A stretch of DNA of 64,000 bases from a virus (Duplodnaviria > Caudoviricetes). Location: positions 25,743 through 89,742 of the IMG/VR virus record IMGVR_UViG_2663762783_000006. One strand, written 5' to 3'. Shown here one piece after another: positions 17,870 to 28,524 of the stretch. The position numbers and the translations under genes are program-made. The first letter of the stretch is position 1, and the number at the start of each line of letters is the position of its first letter. The notes beneath the pieces are model-generated. The model ran no database searches, was not told the DNA's origin, and worked only from the letters and a program-made list of their open reading frames with translations.

Positions 17870-18649
17870 CTACTGCCTCGATGGAATAAGCGACCTATCA
17901 GCCTGGTAGGCTTGCGCGGCGGCGCGGTCGGCTGCGTAGAGGAGTCCTGCTTGATGGCCGTTGCCAATCCGCTCAGCTTCGGCTCTTAGGTATTCGGCAA
18001 AATCTAGTAAAAACTTAGCTTTTACAGGGTCTTGCGCCTCATTTTCGGCCATGTTCGAGGCACTTTTCAGAGACTCGGCAAGGCCCGCTTGAACGGCCTT
18101 AACGATGCGCTCCAGATACAGGTAGTCATCGTTAGGAACCTGGCCGTATTGGCTGGCGTATGTCATCCAATCGATACCGAAAAAGGCCTCCATTAGATGA
18201 GATGGCAGGTTATAGAACTCGTATCCGTCATAGATGGAATCAAGCTCATCAAACGCATTACGCGCCGCGCCAGCGTCTAACGGCAAAAGCTGGAAGCGAT
18301 CAACCGAGGCAGGCGATTTCCCCCACATCGAATAGTCACGCCTGGCAGCCAGCAAGGCGCGTTTCATGACCTGTTTCAAAGCCTCAGAGTCGAATCGCTT
18401 TTGACTGACATGGCTCATGCAGCCAATCAAGTAGTCGCTATCGCAGTCGATAAAGAACTGAGCAACGCTGCGCCCGCCCATTGCGCCCCAATAGCTCGAC
18501 CAGGACGAGCCGTAGCACTCGATAATGATTTTGCCCTGGCCTTTCGCGTAGTCCTCAAGGATCACGGTCACAGGATCAAGGGAGAACTCAGCTAGCTCGG
18601 TTAGCGTGAGTCTGGTTACGTTTGCGGTTGTTACTTTCACTGGTGACAC
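17870..18649 (-). CDS. Conserved phage hypothetical protein
   Basis: LDPVTVILED...GQGKIII.CYG.SWS.YWG.MG motif seen in phage proteins. Confidence 0.6.
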   Translation of the reverse strand: MSPVKVTTANVTRLTLTELAEFSLDPVTVILEDYAKGQGKIIIECYGSSWSSYWGAMGGRSVAQFFIDCDSDYLIGCMSHVSQKRFDSEALKQVMKRALLAARRDYSMWGKSPASVDRFQLLPLDAGAARNAFDELDSIYDGYEFYNLPSHLMEAFFGIDWMTYASQYGQVPNDDYLYLERIVKAVQAGLAESLKSASNMAENEAQDPVKAKFLLDFAEYLRAEAERIGNGHQAGLLYAADRAAAQAYQADRSLIPSRQ

Positions 18650-18785
18650 TCCATTACTTTAGAAGGCTTGCCAGGGTCTATGCCTTGGTCTGCTGGGCTT
18701 GCAAGTGACTTGCGGTCAGGTGCTCTAGCCAAGTTTTCGGATTGTATCACCTGATAACAGATTCTGCACCATATGATTACAAAAA

Positions 18786-20759
18786 TTACGACGCAAGGCC
18801 CAGCGCCTCAAGCGCCGCATTAACGCTCTGCCGTTTGCGGTCTCCCGCTTCCGACTGCACGTCGTTATCAGCCTGAATGTAGTGCGCGCTCTCAAGGAAC
18901 CCAAAGGCGAGAGCGTCCAATAAGTCAGGCGACGGCAAGCCTTCTTTGTGCTTCATTTCATCCTTGCTCATGATCGTCCAGCGACCTTTGTCGTCGAACC
19001 CAAACGGCAGACGTCCACCCTGGTCTAGCAGGTCTTTAGTGTGCTGATCGACGATGCTGATACGGTCCTTTTCAACAGCAAACTTTAGGTGGACGTTGCA
19101 CTGTGCCCGCTGACTGACAAAGCGGTCGCGGTACTCCTTACGGAAGTTCATGTGTCCCCAATTGACCTTGATGATATTGGGTACGCCCAGGCGCTCCAGC
19201 AGCTTGACGAACTGCACGCCCTGGCCGCCAACGTCCACCATCACGGTGCAATTGGAAAGCTCACGAGCATGATGGGCAACCATACCAGCGGCGTCCGTCC
19301 AGTCCCAGGAGTTGGTAAATACCGGAATGCTCATAGCGTCCATTCGGCGCGGGTCTGGCGCTTCCGGCCCGCCCTGGCCAATGACGCGCGCATGAATCGC
19401 AACCGTCTTGTCACGGAACACGCCTGCGCCCACGTCCACCAGCAGCATATTGCCGTAGGGCTCATGCTCGGCAATGACGCGCGGGGCTCCGATGCGGCGC
19501 TCAAGGCTCTTACGCGATATCAGGTACTTGTCGGAGTGCTCAGGGAATCGGCCCTGCACCTTGATCTGATATTCAACGGAATCGCGCCCGCCGTACTCCA
19601 GCATCTTGTCGCGCAGGAACTCCAGCGAGACAAGAATGGACTCTTCGGAATTGAAGATAAGCGCGTTCCAGTTCCCGCCATTCTCCACGCTCCAGGCGTG
19701 GTGCGAGTCATAAAAGAAGCCAGACGAGCGCGTCGGCTGGGAGGCCATCGCAAAGCGGTTGCGTTTGTCTGTCAGAGCGCCTGCGATAACTTTCAAGTTG
19801 GCTTCTGGAATACCCGACGCTTCGTCCGCCAGCCATAGCAGGTAGTTACCGTGTGTACCGGCCATGCCTTCTGGCGAGCCACGCGGCGCAGTACGGCAGG
19901 TCACGAACCAGCGCAGGCCCGCACCCTTGACGTAGACCTTCTTGGCCTTGATCTCGAAGTATTCGGCAATCCAGCCTTGTGCGCCTTGCTCGATCAACTC
20001 CTTAAGGGTTGAAAACTCTTTCCAGATACCCTCTTGCAGTGTCGCAAGCTTGGGCGCAGTCAGGTAGGTGTTCGAATCTTGGAAGCAGAGCATGTGCCAC
20101 AGTGCGATAACGGCAAAGCTGCGCGTCTTGCCAGTGTTTCGCAGGATTGTCCCGTCACCACCCAAAAACCGATGATTGCCGTCTAGGGTAAAACCAAAAT
20201 AGTCACCCTCGCCCAGGCACTCCACTGACTTAATCGGCAGCTCAACAACTCTCGGCTTGCGGCCCGACTCACGCAAAACCCGACGGCAAAATCGCTTACG
20301 GTTAGGGTCTGCCAGCCACTCGGTAACGGTTACTTCTTCAAGCGGATCGTGCAGGCCATTCGCCACGCAAAGCGCGTGGGAAGCATTGACCGTGTGACTT
20401 GTGCCATCTGCATACGTGACGCGGTACATCGTTTCGCGACCGCGCTTTAGCTCGATCACCGTCCGATAATTAATCCCGTCATCAGCCATCAATCGATGGC
20501 CTGTTAGCACATCCTCGACGGCAATAACTGAGCCGTCCGCCTGCATGATCTCAGTCCCAGCCGCAAAGCAGCCGTGGCCGGATGAAACCGTCGTTCTTGA
20601 TCCGAAAGGACTGACGCTATCGAACAGCTCCCACTGCTGGTCAGTAATCGACATGCCGCACACTTCGATGGCGAAGCGGGCAGCATCCAGCGCATAGCGC
20701 TCAGCAAACGCCTTCCAGCGCGGATCGGCGACAAGGGATAACTGTTTCTTAGCAGCCAC
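18786..20759 (-). CDS. Terminase large subunit (P1 PacB-like), intein-containing
   Basis: Walker A SGHG/TGKT split by an intein; Walker B LWLADEASG; SQPTRSSG; nuclease D residues, SPDLLDA. Confidence 0.92.
   Translation of the reverse strand: MAAKKQLSLVADPRWKAFAERYALDAARFAIEVCGMSITDQQWELFDSVSPFGSRTTVSSGHGCFAAGTEIMQADGSVIAVEDVLTGHRLMADDGINYRTVIELKRGRETMYRVTYADGTSHTVNASHALCVANGLHDPLEEVTVTEWLADPNRKRFCRRVLRESGRKPRVVELPIKSVECLGEGDYFGFTLDGNHRFLGGDGTILRNTGKTRSFAVIALWHMLCFQDSNTYLTAPKLATLQEGIWKEFSTLKELIEQGAQGWIAEYFEIKAKKVYVKGAGLRWFVTCRTAPRGSPEGMAGTHGNYLLWLADEASGIPEANLKVIAGALTDKRNRFAMASQPTRSSGFFYDSHHAWSVENGGNWNALIFNSEESILVSLEFLRDKMLEYGGRDSVEYQIKVQGRFPEHSDKYLISRKSLERRIGAPRVIAEHEPYGNMLLVDVGAGVFRDKTVAIHARVIGQGGPEAPDPRRMDAMSIPVFTNSWDWTDAAGMVAHHARELSNCTVMVDVGGQGVQFVKLLERLGVPNIIKVNWGHMNFRKEYRDRFVSQRAQCNVHLKFAVEKDRISIVDQHTKDLLDQGGRLPFGFDDKGRWTIMSKDEMKHKEGLPSPDLLDALAFGFLESAHYIQADNDVQSEAGDRKRQSVNAALEALGLAS
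20136..20570 (-). mobile_element. Mini-intein (145 aa, no endonuclease domain) in the terminase Walker A motif
   Basis: Starts CFAAGT, block B TVNASH, ends YFGFTLDGNHRFL..DGTILRN|T. Confidence 0.88.
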
Positions 20760-20922
20760 AGCCTAACTCGGCCTCAAGCCGCTTGAACGCCTCGCGCACT
20801 ACGCTGATAGGAAAGTGCGCGACGATCTGCTCCAGGCAGCGTTTGGCGGTTTCCGTTGCGTTTTCGGTATAGGCTGCGCTTAAGGCTTGCAGCACTTCGT
20901 CGTCGTGTGTGGCGTCAGACAT
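20749..20922 (-). CDS. Small hypothetical protein upstream of terL
   Basis: MSDATHDD..., first ORF after the late-type promoter 20951-20991, overlaps terL start. Confidence 0.5.
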   Translation of the reverse strand: MSDATHDDEVLQALSAAYTENATETAKRCLEQIVAHFPISVVREAFKRLEAELGCGC

Positions 20923-20971
20923 GGAGCGTGTCCAGAATGGGAATCTGGACACGGTACAGCGGCAGAAAAGG

Positions 20972-21214
20972 CTAGGCGGCAGCCATTTTCCGAAGTCGGT
21001 ACTCCTTTTGTACTTGGCTATCGCATGGCTTGCACAAGCTGCGGTAATGCCCTGCGCTTTCGATAAAGCCGAACGCCTCTACCGGCTTCCACTTCTCGCA
21101 GCAGCGGCAGTGCCGCTCAAGCTGGCCACGTCGGTTTTTGCGCCATTTCTTGCGTTGCTCGATGGGTATTCGTGGCCGTGGTGGTTTGTTATACCGGCGA
21201 ACTTTAAGCATCAT
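20972..21214 (-). CDS. Small Zn-finger protein
   Basis: ERHCRCCEKW...F......YRSLCKPC. Confidence 0.55.
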   Translation of the reverse strand: MMLKVRRYNKPPRPRIPIEQRKKWRKNRRGQLERHCRCCEKWKPVEAFGFIESAGHYRSLCKPCDSQVQKEYRLRKMAAA

Positions 21215-21474
21215 AGCGTTACCTCGATACGCGCCAGCACGCGCGCCTTACTGCGCCTTTCGCGAACCTCGCTTGTTTCGCAGTCCAGGCAAATGCTGCG
21301 GTAATACCCTCGGGCCGCGATAAACCTAAACCAGTGATCGGTCATCGGTAGCCACTCCTCACAGGCTGGACAGTAGCGCTCGCGCTCCCCGCTGGCGGCT
21401 GTCCGGTTTTTAATCAATGGCCTCCATGCGATTTCCAGAACCTCGCGGTTCCGCTTCATCAAGGCATACGACAC
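21211..21474 (-). CDS. Small Zn-finger protein (paralog of 20972..21214)
   Basis: ERYCPACEEW...F......YRSICLDC. Confidence 0.55.
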   Translation of the reverse strand: MSYALMKRNREVLEIAWRPLIKNRTAASGERERYCPACEEWLPMTDHWFRFIAARGYYRSICLDCETSEVRERRSKARVLARIEVTL

Positions 21475-21476
21475 GC

Positions 21477-22067
21477 TTACTGCTCCTTGGCGATAGCCTC
21501 GCTGATCTTGCGCGCTAGGTCAGGATGGACGTACAGGCCGTCAGCTGTCCGAACGACCATCCACATTGGTCGCTCGTTGAACCGGCGCTGGCGCTGATAC
21601 ATGACACGGTGCGCCCACTTGCGCTCCTGCAAATGATTGACGGTTCCGGTCAGCATTGGAGTCGGGCGCAACTGCATCATTAGATTGCGGTCCGCGCTGG
21701 ATAGACGATCCTCCTTGATAGTGGTAGCCGCCTTCTCAATTGAATCAAGCATTTCCTGATACCTGAGCGCGGGGGCTGGCGCGCGTGGCACATCTACTAT
21801 CTGGCGGGTATAGGTTTCGCTCTCAAAGCCAAGGCTCATGGCGAACATGGCCTCTATCGTCTTGCCCAGCTCGCGCCTGGCCTCGCAATCTGCGGGGCTA
21901 TCTGCGCCTGGCTTTTTAGGGAACGGCGGAGCTTCCAGACTCACGCGGTTAGCAGCGACAGTGCCCACGCTGGGAGACCGCTTATCCAAGAGCGCTTCAA
22001 CCACATCAGCGGTGCAGCGAATCTTAGTGCGCAACGTCGCATCGCCAAGGAAACCAAAGTCAATCAT
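21477..22067 (-). CDS. Hypothetical protein
   Basis: 196-aa ORF, translationally coupled. Confidence 0.5.
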   Translation of the reverse strand: MIDFGFLGDATLRTKIRCTADVVEALLDKRSPSVGTVAANRVSLEAPPFPKKPGADSPADCEARRELGKTIEAMFAMSLGFESETYTRQIVDVPRAPAPALRYQEMLDSIEKAATTIKEDRLSSADRNLMMQLRPTPMLTGTVNHLQERKWAHRVMYQRQRRFNERPMWMVVRTADGLYVHPDLARKISEAIAKEQ

Positions 22068-22378
22068 AGCGATACCTCAAGCTGACCTGCCGTTTCGGCC
22101 AGAGGAAGCCCGCCTATGGGCATCAGATAGCTTTCGCGGAACACGTCTACAGGCGAATCCATTGCAAGCGCGCCGCTTATCATCGTACAGCCCATGAATT
22201 GGCCATGTACCAGGCGCACGGCATAGACGGGCTCGGTTGTCTCGACGCGCCAGCAGTCGCCCTGGTACTTAACATCAGGGCCATTGCCTAGCGCGGCCTC
22301 AATAGCCACGCCTGAGCCAAGGCAGCGCGAATCCTCGCTATTAACGATCACTGCGCGGTCTCCAGGATTAAACATCAT
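22064..22378 (-). CDS. Hypothetical protein (SH3-like)
   Basis: FNPGDRAVIV...ESYLMPI pattern. Confidence 0.5.
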   Translation of the reverse strand: MMFNPGDRAVIVNSEDSRCLGSGVAIEAALGNGPDVKYQGDCWRVETTEPVYAVRLVHGQFMGCTMISGALAMDSPVDVFRESYLMPIGGLPLAETAGQLEVSL

Positions 22379-23321
22379 TGCTCTGAGCCTCCTGCGCGGC
22401 CTGCTGGCGCTTTTCCTCGGCCTGGCGCTCCTTGTCTGCCTTAACGTCGCTAACGTGCAAGGCAGTGGCTACCAGGGCGTTTAGGGTGCGTATGCTGATT
22501 TGTGCCGTCGAATCGCCTAGCGCTTTCTCCCCGCTGCGGTAGCGCTGGACCTGCGCCAGCACCTCGGCAGGCAGCTCGCTAGCAAAGCGTTTGGCAACTG
22601 CTACCAGGTCATCTACCAGGCTCTTAGGCACGGAGCCTGCCTTGATTGTCTTGGGCATGACCTTCTGCTGGCCTTGCTTGATCGCTTTGGCGTGCTCCTG
22701 GCGGATCACCTTGGCCGTGTCATCGCCATGCTTGCGCGCCAGGTCCACAGCGGTCGCGGCAGATATCACGCCTGTACTGACCTGCTCCATTACCTCGGGA
22801 CCTGCGTCATACAGCTTGAGCATCTGCTCAACGTGCTGGCGCTTCTTAAACACAAGGTCGGCAATCTGCTGGTTGTTCAAACCATCCTCGTCGCGCAGGG
22901 AGGCATACAGCCTGGCCTGCTCGATAGGCAGTAGCGGCAGCTGGTTGTTACTGCTGGCAATGCGCGCCTTCTTCTCGGCTGACGAGCCCTTGAACTCATC
23001 GATAAAGATGCGGCCAACGTCATAGCCTGCTGCAACGACCTTGCGGTAAGCCCTGGTGCGGCGGTGCCCTTCGACAACGTCCAGCGTGCCGAACTCGTTA
23101 GGCTCAACCTCGATATTAGGCAGCTTGAGCGGCTTGCCGCGCTTGATACCGTCAATGATGGCCTCCGCCAGCTCGTCAATGGATTTCTCCAGGCGCTCGC
23201 CCTCCTCCCGCATATTGAAGTTCTCAACCAGGCGTAAGGCTGATAATTCGACGTGCATTCCCTTGTCGCCGCGCTTGATAACGCCCGCTCTCGTTAGGCT
23301 CGCAATAGTGTGCTTGCTCAT
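22368..23321 (-). CDS. ParB/Srx N-terminal domain + HTH protein
   Basis: FN.R, VVEGHRRTRA box II, L.PIEQA..Y..L...GL...QIA HTH; start taken at MSKHT. Confidence 0.8.
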   Translation of the reverse strand: MSKHTIASLTRAGVIKRGDKGMHVELSALRLVENFNMREEGERLEKSIDELAEAIIDGIKRGKPLKLPNIEVEPNEFGTLDVVEGHRRTRAYRKVVAAGYDVGRIFIDEFKGSSAEKKARIASSNNQLPLLPIEQARLYASLRDEDGLNNQQIADLVFKKRQHVEQMLKLYDAGPEVMEQVSTGVISAATAVDLARKHGDDTAKVIRQEHAKAIKQGQQKVMPKTIKAGSVPKSLVDDLVAVAKRFASELPAEVLAQVQRYRSGEKALGDSTAQISIRTLNALVATALHVSDVKADKERQAEEKRQQAAQEAQSNDV

Positions 23322-23373
23322 GGTGTCTACCTTTGGAAAGGCGGGCTCTACAGCCCGCTCAGGTGGGAGGGAT

Positions 23374-23949
23374 TTAGAACACGCGGCCCTGCTGGCGCTG
23401 GTCGGTTTCGGAGGCCATGCGGGCGTCTTCGGCGGCGCGGTACTCGCTACCCAGGATTTCAATGCAGCACGCATCGGCAGCGGTGCGAGCATGGAAGTAG
23501 AAATAACCGTCCAGGCCGTCAAACCAATGCAGGCCGTGCCCTGCGCTCGTGCTATGCAGGTCGATACCCAGGGTTGCCAGTAGCGGCGTCATATCGGCTT
23601 CGAAGTAAGGCGCGTTATGTACCCAACGTCCGCGTAGCACCTCGATATCCTCCATGACTTCATCGTCACGGCCAGGCGGGTAGCCTTCCATTGGCACATT
23701 GCGCGGTACGCGAGAGAAGCCGCGCGACGGGTTGGCATCTGTCCAGCAGTCCAGCACTGCGTCGTTATCCACGCCAGTGAAGCGCAGGCCCGCAAAGCGG
23801 CGGCCCCTGGCATCGTTATGGAACACGGCGACGGCATCGGGAAAGGTCGCGGCAAAGGCTTCACCTTCGCGCTGCACTCGATGGCAGGCGGCAATGAACT
23901 GCTGGCGTGCGGCCAATACGTGCGGATCGTTGGATTTGTAGTAGCTCAT
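23374..23949 (-). CDS. Hypothetical protein
   Basis: 191-aa ORF, C.EILGSEY terminus seen in phage proteins. Confidence 0.55.
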   Translation of the reverse strand: MSYYKSNDPHVLAARQQFIAACHRVQREGEAFAATFPDAVAVFHNDARGRRFAGLRFTGVDNDAVLDCWTDANPSRGFSRVPRNVPMEGYPPGRDDEVMEDIEVLRGRWVHNAPYFEADMTPLLATLGIDLHSTSAGHGLHWFDGLDGYFYFHARTAADACCIEILGSEYRAAEDARMASETDQRQQGRVF

Positions 23950-23961
23950 TACGGACGGTCC

Positions 23962-24288
23962 TTAAGCTGCTTTCTGACGCTGGTCGATGAAGTAGGCGAT
24001 CTCGGAGCCGCGAGCGACGGACATGGCAATAACCTGCCCTTCACGCTTAACCAGAATGTCGCCTAGTCGGTTGAACTCGACACGAACGCCCGCGCTTAAC
24101 AGAGCGGCGTCGTATTCAGCGGCAGAGCATGGGCGAATAGCCTTATCGGCATGAACGGCATTTAAACGAGCCTCACGCGCCGTAAAACCTTGCAGGCGCT
24201 GACGCACGTACAGCGTGGCTGCCTTGCGACCATAGCGGGACGAAATGAAAGTTAAAGCACGAGCAAAAACAACGTTATGACGTGACAT
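23962..24288 (-). CDS. Hypothetical protein
   Basis: MSRHNVV..., first gene after the operator-bearing intergenic region 24300-24500. Confidence 0.5.
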   Translation of the reverse strand: MSRHNVVFARALTFISSRYGRKAATLYVRQRLQGFTAREARLNAVHADKAIRPCSAAEYDAALLSAGVRVEFNRLGDILVKREGQVIAMSVARGSEIAYFIDQRQKAA

Positions 24289-24503
24289 TTTGTGTTCTCT
24301 CTGGTGGCCAGCCATCCAGCTGGACTTAGGTATAGAAGTGCGATCTATGCCGCATTCTTGCCCTGTATCGGGCAGAGAGAAGACTACGCAAGTCACTTGC
24401 CGTTTGCAAGCACCTGATAACAAAATTTGTTATCTTTTGGTTCAAAAATGGAGCTATCAGTATGACAGCCCCATGCGTGCATTATGCTAGCAGGGCGCTG
24501 GCT

Positions 24504-25085
24504 CTAATTTCGGGCGCGCATCCACTCGAACGCTTGAGTAAGCGCCAGGCAATTCGATGGAAAGCAAAAGTCATGGCAGCCCTCTGGCGGCAAGGCATGC
24601 GGCTCTCTGAGCACGTTTGAAACCGTTATGTATGAGCAGGCGGCACCCTTACTATGCCGCTGAACAAAAAGCTCATCACCTACCTTCCAAGCGCTTACGC
24701 CCACATCAATGCGAAGCCGTAGCACGTCACCACGCTCCCAGCCTTCCGGCGCTACGGCCTGGCCCGCCTCCACTGCATCTTCCTGCTGCGCGACCAACAT
24801 AGCGCTAAGCGCTTCATCAAGGTCAGGCATGGGCGCAGCAATAACGGCCTCTGCCGCCTCATCCTCTAGCAGCATCTCGATACGGCGCTTGATCGTATCG
24901 GCGGCCTCTCGTAGGTCCTTAATCCGGCCCTTTCCACCGCCACGCTGGCCAGGCAGAAGCAGCTTTTTGATTGCGTGCTGCGTCGCGCCGCTGGGGTCGT
25001 CCACATACATCTCACAGATGCGGTACACGTCAATGACGGACAGGTGCTCGACGCTATGAAAGTAATGCTGGTGCTTGCGAGTCAT
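24504..25085 (-). CDS. DUF3310-like protein (possible nucleotide kinase family)
   Basis: IDVYR..........HAIKKLL.PG.RG.K...DL.EA motif. Confidence 0.6.
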   Translation of the reverse strand: MTRKHQHYFHSVEHLSVIDVYRICEMYVDDPSGATQHAIKKLLLPGQRGGGKGRIKDLREAADTIKRRIEMLLEDEAAEAVIAAPMPDLDEALSAMLVAQQEDAVEAGQAVAPEGWERGDVLRLRIDVGVSAWKVGDELFVQRHSKGAACSYITVSNVLREPHALPPEGCHDFCFPSNCLALTQAFEWMRARN

Positions 25086-25825
25086 TACGCAGCCTCCCCG
25101 CTGGAGATGCGCCACAGCTCAAGGGCCTGGCCGACGATGCGGGCCACGTCCTCGCTCGATGCAGTAGCAACGCGCGGCAGATTCTCGCGGGCTTCCTTGC
25201 GGCTGTAGAAGTAGGCCGTCTGCCGGTCGCTCTCAACGTCACGACGAGACACGACTACAGCGCCATGCGCCAGCGTAAAGCAGCACGGCTCGTCAGGCGT
25301 ATGAATCACGCTTTCGCCAATGCGCAAGGTAACGGTGCGGACCTCATCCAGGCCGCAGAACACTTTGAAGCCGACAGGACTGTAGCCCGCCTCGTCCACC
25401 GTCGCCTCCTGGCGGGCATGGCCCAGGCCGCCCAGGTGCGCCACATACGTGGTATCGATAGCCTCGCCACTCAAAACCATGTGCTCATAGCCATAGCGGT
25501 GCGTCTGGATGCAGGCCGTGTTAGGCGCGCGGTCCTCGTTACTGCCAATGGTCAATACAACCTCGGGGCTCAGCAGCAGGCTCAGCATGCCTTGGTCGTG
25601 GAGCTGCCAGGTGTGCTGCTCGGCATTCTCCAGAATCTGGCGAATGTTCTGGCGCGTCACAGCCAGCATTAGCGGCACTAGGTAACGCTGGTCCTGGCGC
25701 TTACGCTTGGCGGCCTTCTTCTCGGCCTTGGTGGGCTTGGGCACGCGCGCGGGGCGTGCCGTAGTCTTGGGGGCAGGAGTGCTGGCAGTATCCAGCAGTG
25801 GAGCGGCGAGAGGCGTGCGGTTCAT
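25085..25825 (-). CDS. Cupin-like hypothetical protein
   Basis: W.LH.QGML, I.THRY...H.VLSG. Confidence 0.45.
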   Translation of the reverse strand: MNRTPLAAPLLDTASTPAPKTTARPARVPKPTKAEKKAAKRKRQDQRYLVPLMLAVTRQNIRQILENAEQHTWQLHDQGMLSLLLSPEVVLTIGSNEDRAPNTACIQTHRYGYEHMVLSGEAIDTTYVAHLGGLGHARQEATVDEAGYSPVGFKVFCGLDEVRTVTLRIGESVIHTPDEPCCFTLAHGAVVVSRRDVESDRQTAYFYSRKEARENLPRVATASSEDVARIVGQALELWRISSGEAA

Positions 25826-25853
25826 ACGGCTTATCCTGAACAGAAAATAGGAT

Positions 25854-27107
25854 TTAAGCGGTCAACGGCTCGCGCGTAATCGGGTCAACAATGAACGGAT
25901 GCGGCGCGGTCTTTGATCGGATGCCGCATGCTATCTGCTGGACGATGGTCATTTTTTCTAACTTTCCGAACCGGCGCTGATTTTCAAGCGCGGGGCGCAT
26001 GGCTTCACGGCGGGCCGCTTTGCGCTCCTCCTCGGCGTCGCGGCAGAGCCTGGCAAAGGCCGAAAAGCCATCTGCATCCACCGCGCCAGGATCGGTCGGC
26101 ATTGGATAGAGCGCGATATCGCCTATCTCAATGGAAAGGGAGCGGCGCAGGTTCCTGATGCGCGCATCAAGCTCATACGCATATTCTTTGTCAACGCGAC
26201 GGGCCTGCGCGGTATCGGCATAGCCTGAATATTGATGCGCTTTACTTGCGGCCTCAACTAACCGCGCAATTTCGGCCTCGGTCTCGGCGATCCGTTGGCC
26301 TATGGTGAGACTACTCATACGTCACCTTAAGGTTTATCAGTGTCCTGGCGGTGCTCGGCAAGCTCTAGTTCAAGCTGCTGTATATGCCGCTCCAGTCGTT
26401 CGGTTTTATCGGCGGCATTGAGCAGGTCTAACAACTGCTCAGCCAGCCATACAACGCACTTCCCCGAATGTGCTTCTAGCTCCTTGCGAATACGCTCCCG
26501 CTCATCGCGCAGCATGACGCTTTCCTTACTTGGCCGGACTGGCCTTGACTAATGGGCCGTCTTCTTTCTCGCCGCCGCTCTCCAGGTGCTTGAACATGGC
26601 GTCGCACTTCTCCTGGCCATGCTTCTCGACGAACTCGCGTTGCTTGAAATTGGCCTCGATGCGCTTAACCTGGTTAAGGCTGCTAACTGCGTTTACCAGC
26701 TGGTCAAACTCGGTTATTTCCGCCTTTGTCCACATGGGCTTAAGGTCCAGGTCGTCAATGGCCTTGAGCGCAGCAGCAATCTGCTGAGCACTTAGCCTTT
26801 CGGGCTTGAGGCAGGCAAAGCGGGTGCGGTTGGCGCGCTCTTGCATTTGGGCCTGCACTTCATCCGTGACCGGCTGGATATGCCAATACTGATTAACGCC
26901 GACCTGCCCGCCATCCTTTAGGCGAAAGCGTGCGCCCTCAAGAGTTACGATCTGCGTAGCGGTTAAGCGCTCGACCGTATAAAGGGTCCAGGTCCGACCA
27001 TTCCCATAGGCGACCTTATCGCCATACGAAAGCCCATGAATCCACGCCTGGTACTGCGCAGCCTCCTCGGCGCGCTTTGCTTGTTCTGCCTGATAATCAG
27101 CGTTCAT
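25854..27107 (-). CDS. Three hypothetical proteins (25854..26318, 26327..26515, 26526..27107)
   Basis: Tightly packed co-oriented ORFs with SD-like sequences. Confidence 0.5.
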
Positions 27108-27109
27108 CG

Positions 27110-27325
27110 TTAGGGCTCCAGGTTGAAGGTTTGGCAGAAGTAGCGCCAGAAAATAGGGTGCATTTCACTCTCGCCGCTTTCGTAGTTTTGCCACTGGCGC
27201 AGCGATACCCGAATGACATTGGCGGCCTCGGTCTGAGAATAACCGACCGCCTTTCGGGCCTCTAAAACCTCATCTTTCGTGGGCCGCTTGGTAGGCCCAA
27301 CAATAGGGATTCGTTTTTTTGCCAT
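27110..27325 (-). CDS. Small XRE-family HTH repressor (KorC/Aca-like)
   Basis: PT..EV.EARKAVGYSQTEAA.......RQWQNYE.G...MHP; AGGAG SD; two 17-bp operators upstream. Confidence 0.8.
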   Translation of the reverse strand: MAKKRIPIVGPTKRPTKDEVLEARKAVGYSQTEAANVIRVSLRQWQNYESGESEMHPIFWRYFCQTFNLEP

Positions 27326-27468
27326 AACTCCTAGCTCATGCGAAACAATTTCATGCCAGACGCGGCAAATATACGCAATATCTTCGCAAACGGCCAAAGG
27401 CTTTGCAAGCGTCTGATACAGGAATTGAGAGGGAGATGCCGCCCGCGACGGGCAGGCGGCAGAGGGGC

Positions 27469-27786
27469 TTACTTGTCGGAGGATTGCAGCCGGTCTAGGA
27501 ACTCACGGCAGGCGACGCGGATAACGGAATTGCGGCTGTATTTGGTGCCCGTCTTGCGGCTCATGATCTCGGCGGCCTCGTCCAGCTCCAGCACCATGCT
27601 GGTTTCCAGAACGGGCGTGACGCGCTCGGTTCCGGCCTTGGTCTTAGGCTGGCGCACTGGCGCTTTTGGGGCTTCCTTTTCCGGCTCGGTAAAGGCAGGC
27701 TCGGCTCCTTTTCGGAATGCCTGAGTGGCCTGCTCCAGGCTTACCGCATCATCTGGCGGCAGATGGCTTGGGCGTGCTTTTTTCAT
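27469..27786 (-). CDS. ParG-like ribbon-helix-helix partition protein
   Basis: Coupled to parA; disordered N-terminus, C-terminal SRNSVIRVACREFL. Confidence 0.7.
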   Translation of the reverse strand: MKKARPSHLPPDDAVSLEQATQAFRKGAEPAFTEPEKEAPKAPVRQPKTKAGTERVTPVLETSMVLELDEAAEIMSRKTGTKYSRNSVIRVACREFLDRLQSSDK

Positions 27787-28505
27787 GACGGTTTTACTTC
27801 CTCTGTTTCATCGATACGCGGCGGTATTACGTTCTCGAAGATGGCCGCCATTAACGTGCGCAGCTCCTCGCACGCCTTCTCGTCACGCTCGGCCTTGGGC
27901 ATCTCCTCAACGGAAAGGCCCATTGCCGCCGATAGCGCAAATGACTTGCGGTCAACCAAGGGGGCTTCGAGATACGGCAGCGTCTCAAAATGATCGATGG
28001 CTTCTATGGTGGATAGGTTGTCGCTGGTGTGCTTGCCCTTAATTAGCGGGTCAGCTTTGCTGAGAATGCAGTAGGTCGTGACGGGCGAGCGATTGGCCAT
28101 GACGCGCGAACGGTTGGCGTCCTGAATGAGTTGGCTCATGCGGCCCAGCGCCCAGCTATCGAACGCGCGTGGATGAACCGGCACCAGCAGCACGTCAGCC
28201 AGTACCAGGGCCGAACGCAGGGCCTCGGAGTCGAAACCACCCACGTCCATCACCACATCGTCGTACAATGCGCCTTGGTTGGCGACCTGGTGAAAGAACT
28301 CATCGCCATGCGGCAGATGCGCGCCCATCACGACAGGCTCGATACCGGCCCGCATACGCACCGTTGTGGCGTTGCTGCTGGTCTTTTGCGGGTCTCCGTC
28401 CGCTAGCAGTACCTTGCGACCAATACGCGCGCGTTCTATCGATATCTGAACGCTTATCATCGTTTTGCCTACGCCGCCCTTCGGGTTCGCTACTGCAATT
28501 TTCAT
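27783..28505 (-). CDS. parA: ParA family partition ATPase (type Ib)
   Basis: KGGVGKT deviant Walker A, DGDPQ, DVGG.DS, no N-terminal HTH. Confidence 0.9.
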   Translation of the reverse strand: MKIAVANPKGGVGKTMISVQISIERARIGRKVLLADGDPQKTSSNATTVRMRAGIEPVVMGAHLPHGDEFFHQVANQGALYDDVVMDVGGFDSEALRSALVLADVLLVPVHPRAFDSWALGRMSQLIQDANRSRVMANRSPVTTYCILSKADPLIKGKHTSDNLSTIEAIDHFETLPYLEAPLVDRKSFALSAAMGLSVEEMPKAERDEKACEELRTLMAAIFENVIPPRIDETEEVKPS

Positions 28506-28524
28506 CGTCTGTCCTTACGTTCTA

